Shown here: piece by piece, positions 27,967 through 32,000 of the stretch
Layout: each line of letters begins with the position of its first letter
Numbering within the stretch: the stretch's first letter is position 1
Assembly: GCF_036323395.1 (NCBI RefSeq)
Contig: NZ_AP028907.1
Span: 270,001-302,000 of the forward strand
Length of the DNA: 32,000 bases
Origin: Pyrodictium abyssi
GTDB taxonomy: Archaea; Thermoproteota; Thermoprotei_A; Sulfolobales; Pyrodictiaceae
Reading direction: 5' to 3'
Position numbers and translations under genes: made by a program
The notes under the pieces: generated by a model
Seen by the model: only the letters and a program-made list of their open reading frames with translations
Databases searched by the model: none
Told to the model about the DNA's origin: nothing

Positions 27967-28660
27967 CTAGCCAGGCGGCAAGGGTGGCATAGCTAGTGCT
28001 GGAAACCGGGTTAAAGGACACAATTAGGCCTTCTCCCATCCCCCTTACTTGGCTGATTATGGTTTTGTCGTCTACTGCTAAAATATGGCTTAGCAGCTTA
28101 GACCGTGGGCCAACTATCTCGTAGATCTCGTTTACACAGCAAGTGAATCCCGGCTTTCCGACAGCGCCTGCAGGGTGAAGAGGATTATAGGAGTAGAGGC
28201 TACCACAGCGTCCGCTACCACGCTGTATCTCGAGGCTATTAATTTCGTCAGAGAGCACCATTACTCCATTCGAGTTGCGCCTTAGTACTAGGTTGAAGAA
28301 TTCGTCATAGTCTACTTTACGGGCATGTACTCCAATAGATTTTAGCATAGATGTGAAGTCCTTAGGGGCTACTACTATACACTCGGAGTTACCAGGTACA
28401 ACTCTACCATAGCTCCATGTGGAGTTGTGTAGGACAACCTCGCCCCTAGTGCATCCGGGGGAACAGATGATACTTCCAACGCCTATTACCTGGTCTATTA
28501 CGAAGCCCTTATTCTCTACAGTGGCCACAAACGGCGTATCAACTATCATACACCTGCAGCTGCCACTACTTATAGCAGTAAACACGCTACTCATGGTGTC
28601 GGGGGACATGATAAGCATCTCTATGGGGTACACCACACTGCCAGCCGGAAGCTGTGGCAT
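27926..28660 (-). CDS. hypothetical protein (244 aa, Cys-rich, no family recognised)
   Basis: ATG start with a TATA-like ATCTATAACC about 27 nt upstream (leaderless geometry). The composition is protein-like, with several Cys clusters (GSCRC, CSPGC, FTCC). It overlaps taw3, suggesting an operon. Confidence 0.5.
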   Translation of the reverse strand: MPQLPAGSVVYPIEMLIMSPDTMSSVFTAISSGSCRCMIVDTPFVATVENKGFVIDQVIGVGSIICSPGCTRGEVVLHNSTWSYGRVVPGNSECIVVAPKDFTSMLKSIGVHARKVDYDEFFNLVLRRNSNGVMVLSDEINSLEIQRGSGRCGSLYSYNPLHPAGAVGKPGFTCCVNEIYEIVGPRSKLLSHILAVDDKTIISQVRGMGEGLIVSFNPVSSTSYATLAAWLGVLYVCGSTAEYL

Positions 28661-28798
28661 GGCTGTGTCCCTCAGCAGCCTGGTTATAGATCATCGCTGG
28701 CGCTCAGCCCTTACATGGTTCTTCATCGGGTCACGCTCAACAGCCTAGTACCCCTATCTACTCTTCGGCCATCATGGTTTAGGGCGGGGCGTTTGGAC

Positions 28799-29227
28799 AT
28801 GATAAAGCGTTGGCCCAGACGCCGTGAATTCCTAGCATACTACCTATTGCTAAAATACGCTAAGGCTAGAAGTACGGGAGAGTCGGAGGATGATTTATGC
28901 GTTAACGCTGGAGAGGCTATAGACTTGCTAAACGTGTTGACAGGGAGCAAAAGACTGTCATCGTCTCTGCTAAAGCAGTTGGTGAAGAGAGGCTTCCTGG
29001 AGAGAAGGAAAGCCCTAGTCTACTGTATAAAGGAGGTAGACGCGCTTCTAGACGAGGCGTTGGTCTACTACCTGGCTGGCAGGCTGCGGCGCCGAGGAAT
29101 AGAAGCCACAGTCAGCCGCGACCACGGGCACCGTATAGTTGTATTCGGGAGAGATTCTTGCAGCGAGATAGCGGAGAAGGCATCCAGGATAGGCATAAAA
29201 GTCGAGTGTGTGGATGATCAGCGTTAG
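28799..29227 (+). CDS. hypothetical protein, possible winged-helix fold
   Basis: Start taken at ATG 28799 (MIKRWPRRREF). SSSLLKQLVKRGFLERRKALVY looks like a wHTH recognition helix plus wing. This call is weak. Confidence 0.4.
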   Translation: MIKRWPRRREFLAYYLLLKYAKARSTGESEDDLCVNAGEAIDLLNVLTGSKRLSSSLLKQLVKRGFLERRKALVYCIKEVDALLDEALVYYLAGRLRRRGIEATVSRDHGHRIVVFGRDSCSEIAEKASRIGIKVECVDDQR

Positions 29228-29269
29228 CGCTGGGTGTCTCAGGAAAGTCTACCGAAGTATCTGAGCCAC

Positions 29270-29626
29270 CTACTCATCCTCGTATAACTCTACTACTATT
29301 CTCGCCTTAACCCTATCCTTGGAGAATGGTGGCGGCGATTCGCCTAGGTCGACCGCGAACACCACATTATTACCCATGCTGTCGGTGAACCTCACTTCCG
29401 CGACATAGCGTTTACGCGGACCGGTCTCGAGGACCTTCAGAACGGCCTCATATATCCTGCTGAGAGCCATCTGTAGGGCAATGGGGCTCGTGAAGTCCTC
29501 CGGCCTTAGCTGGATTGCCTGGAGCCCCTGCATGACCTCACCTATCCGGGCTTCGCCCTCGAATATTGCTAGCTTCTTGATCTCATTGCTGTCATCTTGG
29601 TGGTTCTTGCTCATAACTCCAATCAC
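29270..29626 (-). CDS. hypothetical protein (118 aa)
   Basis: ORF with balanced composition, convergent with the previous gene and divergent from nop5. No motif recognised. Confidence 0.4.
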   Translation of the reverse strand: MIGVMSKNHQDDSNEIKKLAIFEGEARIGEVMQGLQAIQLRPEDFTSPIALQMALSRIYEAVLKVLETGPRKRYVAEVRFTDSMGNNVVFAVDLGESPPPFSKDRVKARIVVELYEDE

Positions 29627-29720
29627 CCATTTTACCCGGTGATAGCGGAATGGAATACTTAAATAGTCTCCTCCGTATGGCTAGCCCTAAAGGGGGTACA
29701 GGAAGGAGGTAACTTCAGCC

Positions 29721-30974
29721 ATGAAGGTTTATATCGTTGACCACTTTACCGGCAGCTACGCGCTCAGCGAGGACAAGAATCTAGTAGCCTACGAGCATGC
29801 ACCTAAGAGCCTTGACGATATGGTAGAGGAGGCGCTGAAGATAGAGCGCGGTGAGCCCACAGCAGCCTACCTAAGGCTCCTCGATAAGCTAAAGGAGATG
29901 GGCGTAGGAACGGTGGTTGTAGAGACCAGTGAGATGGCTAGAATAGCCTCTGGCAAGGGCTTCGAGGTAGAGGTTGAGCCCGCCAACGAGATAGCACGCT
30001 ACTTTAGAGGCCATGTCGTGGAGATAGCCACTAGTACCGAGTTCGTGAAGGATAAGGAGGAGTTCTACAAGCTTCTACACGAGTTCACAATAGAGACAAC
30101 TAGGAGGAAGCTACGCCGTGCAGCACAGAAGCGTGACCTGCTGGCAGCCCAGGCGATAAGAGCTATAGACGACATAGACAAGACGACCAACCTATTCGCC
30201 GCCAGGCTCCGCGAGTGGTACAGCCTACACTTCCCGGAGCTAGACGACCTCGTACGCGAGCACGAGGACTACGTCAAGATAGTAGCTGAGCTCGGCCACC
30301 GCGACAACATAATAGTTGAGAACCTCGTCAAGCTGGGCTTCAGTGAGGAGAAGGCGAAGAAGATAGCAGAGGCGGCGGCAAAGAGTATGGGTGCGGACTA
30401 CCCGGAGTTCGACATAGAGCCCATGCAGAGACTCGCTAGGATAACCCTAGAGCTATACAAGCTACGCAGAGACCTCTCAGAGTACATAGCCCAGGTGATG
30501 AAGGAGGTAGCGCCAAACATAACAGCGCTCGTTGGTCCACTGCTGGGTGCACGCCTCATAAGCCTGGCTGGCGGTCTAGAGGAGCTAGCCTACTTGCCAG
30601 CAAGCACTATACAGGTACTAGGCGCCGAGAAGGCCCTCTTCCGTGCTCTAAGGACTGGAGGCAAGCCGCCAAAGCACGGTGTAATATTCCAGTACCCGGA
30701 CATACACCGCAGCCCGCGCTGGCAGCGTGGTAAGATAGCTAGGGCACTAGCCGCTAAACTCGCTATAGCTGCTAAGGTAGACTACTTCACAGGCAGATTC
30801 ATCGGTGACAAGCTAAAGGAGGCGCTACGGAAGAGGATAGAGGAGATAAAGAGGATATACAAGAAGCCGCCAAAGAGGAAGGAAATCAAGCCGGCAAAGC
30901 CTGCAAAGCCAGCCCGCCCGGCCCGTGGTAGGAAGGGCAAGAAGGGTAGGAAGGGCAAGGGTAAGAGAAGGTAG
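29721..30974 (+). CDS. nop5: C/D box sRNP core protein Nop5 (Nop56/58 homolog) with Lys-rich tail
   Basis: LREWYSLHFPEL, ITALVGPLLGARLISLAGGLEELAYLPASTIQVLGAEKALFRALRTGGKPPKHGVIFQ. The C-terminus is KKPPKRKEIKPAKPAKPARPARGRKGKKGRKGKGKRR. GGAGGT lies 10 nt upstream of the ATG, and the TATA-like ACTTAAATAG is at 29657-29666. Confidence 0.92.
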   Translation: MKVYIVDHFTGSYALSEDKNLVAYEHAPKSLDDMVEEALKIERGEPTAAYLRLLDKLKEMGVGTVVVETSEMARIASGKGFEVEVEPANEIARYFRGHVVEIATSTEFVKDKEEFYKLLHEFTIETTRRKLRRAAQKRDLLAAQAIRAIDDIDKTTNLFAARLREWYSLHFPELDDLVREHEDYVKIVAELGHRDNIIVENLVKLGFSEEKAKKIAEAAAKSMGADYPEFDIEPMQRLARITLELYKLRRDLSEYIAQVMKEVAPNITALVGPLLGARLISLAGGLEELAYLPASTIQVLGAEKALFRALRTGGKPPKHGVIFQYPDIHRSPRWQRGKIARALAAKLAIAAKVDYFTGRFIGDKLKEALRKRIEEIKRIYKKPPKRKEIKPAKPAKPARPARGRKGKKGRKGKGKRR

Positions 30975-31052
30975 GATTCTCCGAGTTTTGATATATTAAT
31001 CCTTCATTCATTGTGGGGTAGTTGTTAAGTATACGTGATTGGGTGAACGGAT

Positions 31053-31760
31053 ATGGTAGAGGTAGTAAATGTTTACGAGCATGAGCGCTACAAGGGCGTC
31101 TATGTAGTCGAACTCGAGGACGGCTCTACGAGGCTGGCAACAGTAAACCTAGCGCCGGGGAAGAGGGTTTACGGCGAGAGACTCTTCAAGTGGGAGGACA
31201 AGGAGCTCCGTGAGTGGAATCCGTACCGTAGCAAGCTTGCTGCAGCGCTGCTCAAGGGTATAGAGGAGCTGCCAATCAAGCCGGGGCACCGCATACTATA
31301 CCTCGGTGCGGCTACGGGTACGACACCCAGCCATGTATCCGACATAATAGGTCTGGAGGGCAAGATCTACGCACTCGACGTAGCGCCGCGTGTGATGAGG
31401 GAGCTGATTGCCGTCTGTGAGACAAGGCCTAACATGCTCCCGCTACTGGCGGATGCTAAGAAGCCTTACGAGTATCGCCACATAGTAGAACTCGTTGACG
31501 GCATTTACGCTGACGTAGCGCAGCCGGAACAAGCAGAGATAGTGGCCGATAACGCGGACTTCTTCCTAAAAGAGGGCGGCTACCTCCTGCTAGCAATAAA
31601 GGCTAGGAGCATTGACGTAACAAAGGAGCCAAGCGAAGTATTCCGCAACCAGATAGAGGTGCTAAAGAACCGTGGCTTCGAGATAGTAGACATGGTCCAT
31701 CTAGAGCCCTTCGACAAGGACCACGCTATGGTATATGCCCGCTACAAGCCTCAGAAGTAG
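31053..31760 (+). CDS. flpA: fibrillarin (rRNA/tRNA 2'-O-methyltransferase)
   Basis: REWNPYRSKLAAALLKG, ILYLGAATGTTPSHVSDI, IYADVAQPEQAEI, LLAIKARSIDVT. It has its own TATA-like TTTTGATATATTAAT at 30987-31000. A T-run (CATATTTTAGC) lies about 20 nt after the stop. Confidence 0.95.
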   Translation: MVEVVNVYEHERYKGVYVVELEDGSTRLATVNLAPGKRVYGERLFKWEDKELREWNPYRSKLAAALLKGIEELPIKPGHRILYLGAATGTTPSHVSDIIGLEGKIYALDVAPRVMRELIAVCETRPNMLPLLADAKKPYEYRHIVELVDGIYADVAQPEQAEIVADNADFFLKEGGYLLLAIKARSIDVTKEPSEVFRNQIEVLKNRGFEIVDMVHLEPFDKDHAMVYARYKPQK

Positions 31761-32000
31761 AGAACTACGCTTCTAACCATATTTTAGCTTCAAGCGTTAC
31801 TGTTTGGGTCAACCCTCCTGTAGAGGATTCCTCCCACCGGTGCAGGAGCATAACGCTAAATAGCAATGTCTAGAAGTGCTAACACAGCGTATACTATATT
31901 TCTGGTGTAGTAGACCGTAGCTTGGGTAGACAGGATCACTTGTTGTACACGTGGTGTACGTGATAAGGGATAGACTATGGCCTACGCTGGAGAAAGACTA

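Noticed and set aside
28704-28775. A minus-strand C/D candidate (AUGAUGG ... AUGAAGA-12 nt-CUGA) in the divergent promoter region.
   Set aside because: The D' box is absent, there is no terminal stem and no rRNA complementarity was found. The region is better explained as promoters plus a 5' UTR.
31977-32000. A possible gene start (ATGGCCTACGCTGGAGAAAGACTA) at the right edge of the window.
   Set aside because: Only 8 codons are visible, which is too little to support a call.

Overview
This window looks like core chromosome of a hyperthermophilic crenarchaeon (TACK-type; the 16S looks Desulfurococcales/Pyrodictiaceae-like, but that is only an impression). All calls were made by eye, without tools.

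Left part, minus strand: a 16S-23S rRNA operon at about 1.0-5.8 kb. It has no spacer tRNA and no linked 5S, and the long processing helices can be traced. The many track ORFs inside it are spurious.

6-9.4 kb: GC-rich and poor in ORFs. It holds tRNA-Ala(CGC), tRNA-His(GUG) and an RNase P RNA (9066-9406) that the ORF track hides under false ORFs. Three further GC-rich islands here remain unexplained.

Remainder: housekeeping genes.
- RNA maturation: tiaS, tsr3, tRNA-Leu, cca, taw3, nop5-fibrillarin and a SAM methyltransferase.
- Ether-lipid synthesis: GGGP synthase, GGPP synthase, geranylgeranyl reductase and DGGGP synthase.
- Others: Elf1, PCNA, MTAP, a RimK-type ligase and Sec61-beta.

Best finds:
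1. A probable replication origin at 11.45-11.86 kb, with repeated ORB-like boxes around a sharply AT-rich core and no orc1/cdc6 gene in view.
2. Two intergenic C/D box sRNAs whose guides match the 16S and 23S rRNA encoded in this same window.
3. A G+C step of roughly 63% to roughly 47% that falls inside the cca ORF.
4. Small candidate operons with uncharacterised members: taw3 plus a 244-aa orphan, and mtnP-SIS-rimK.

I saw no CRISPR array, transposase, integrase or recognisable defence genes.
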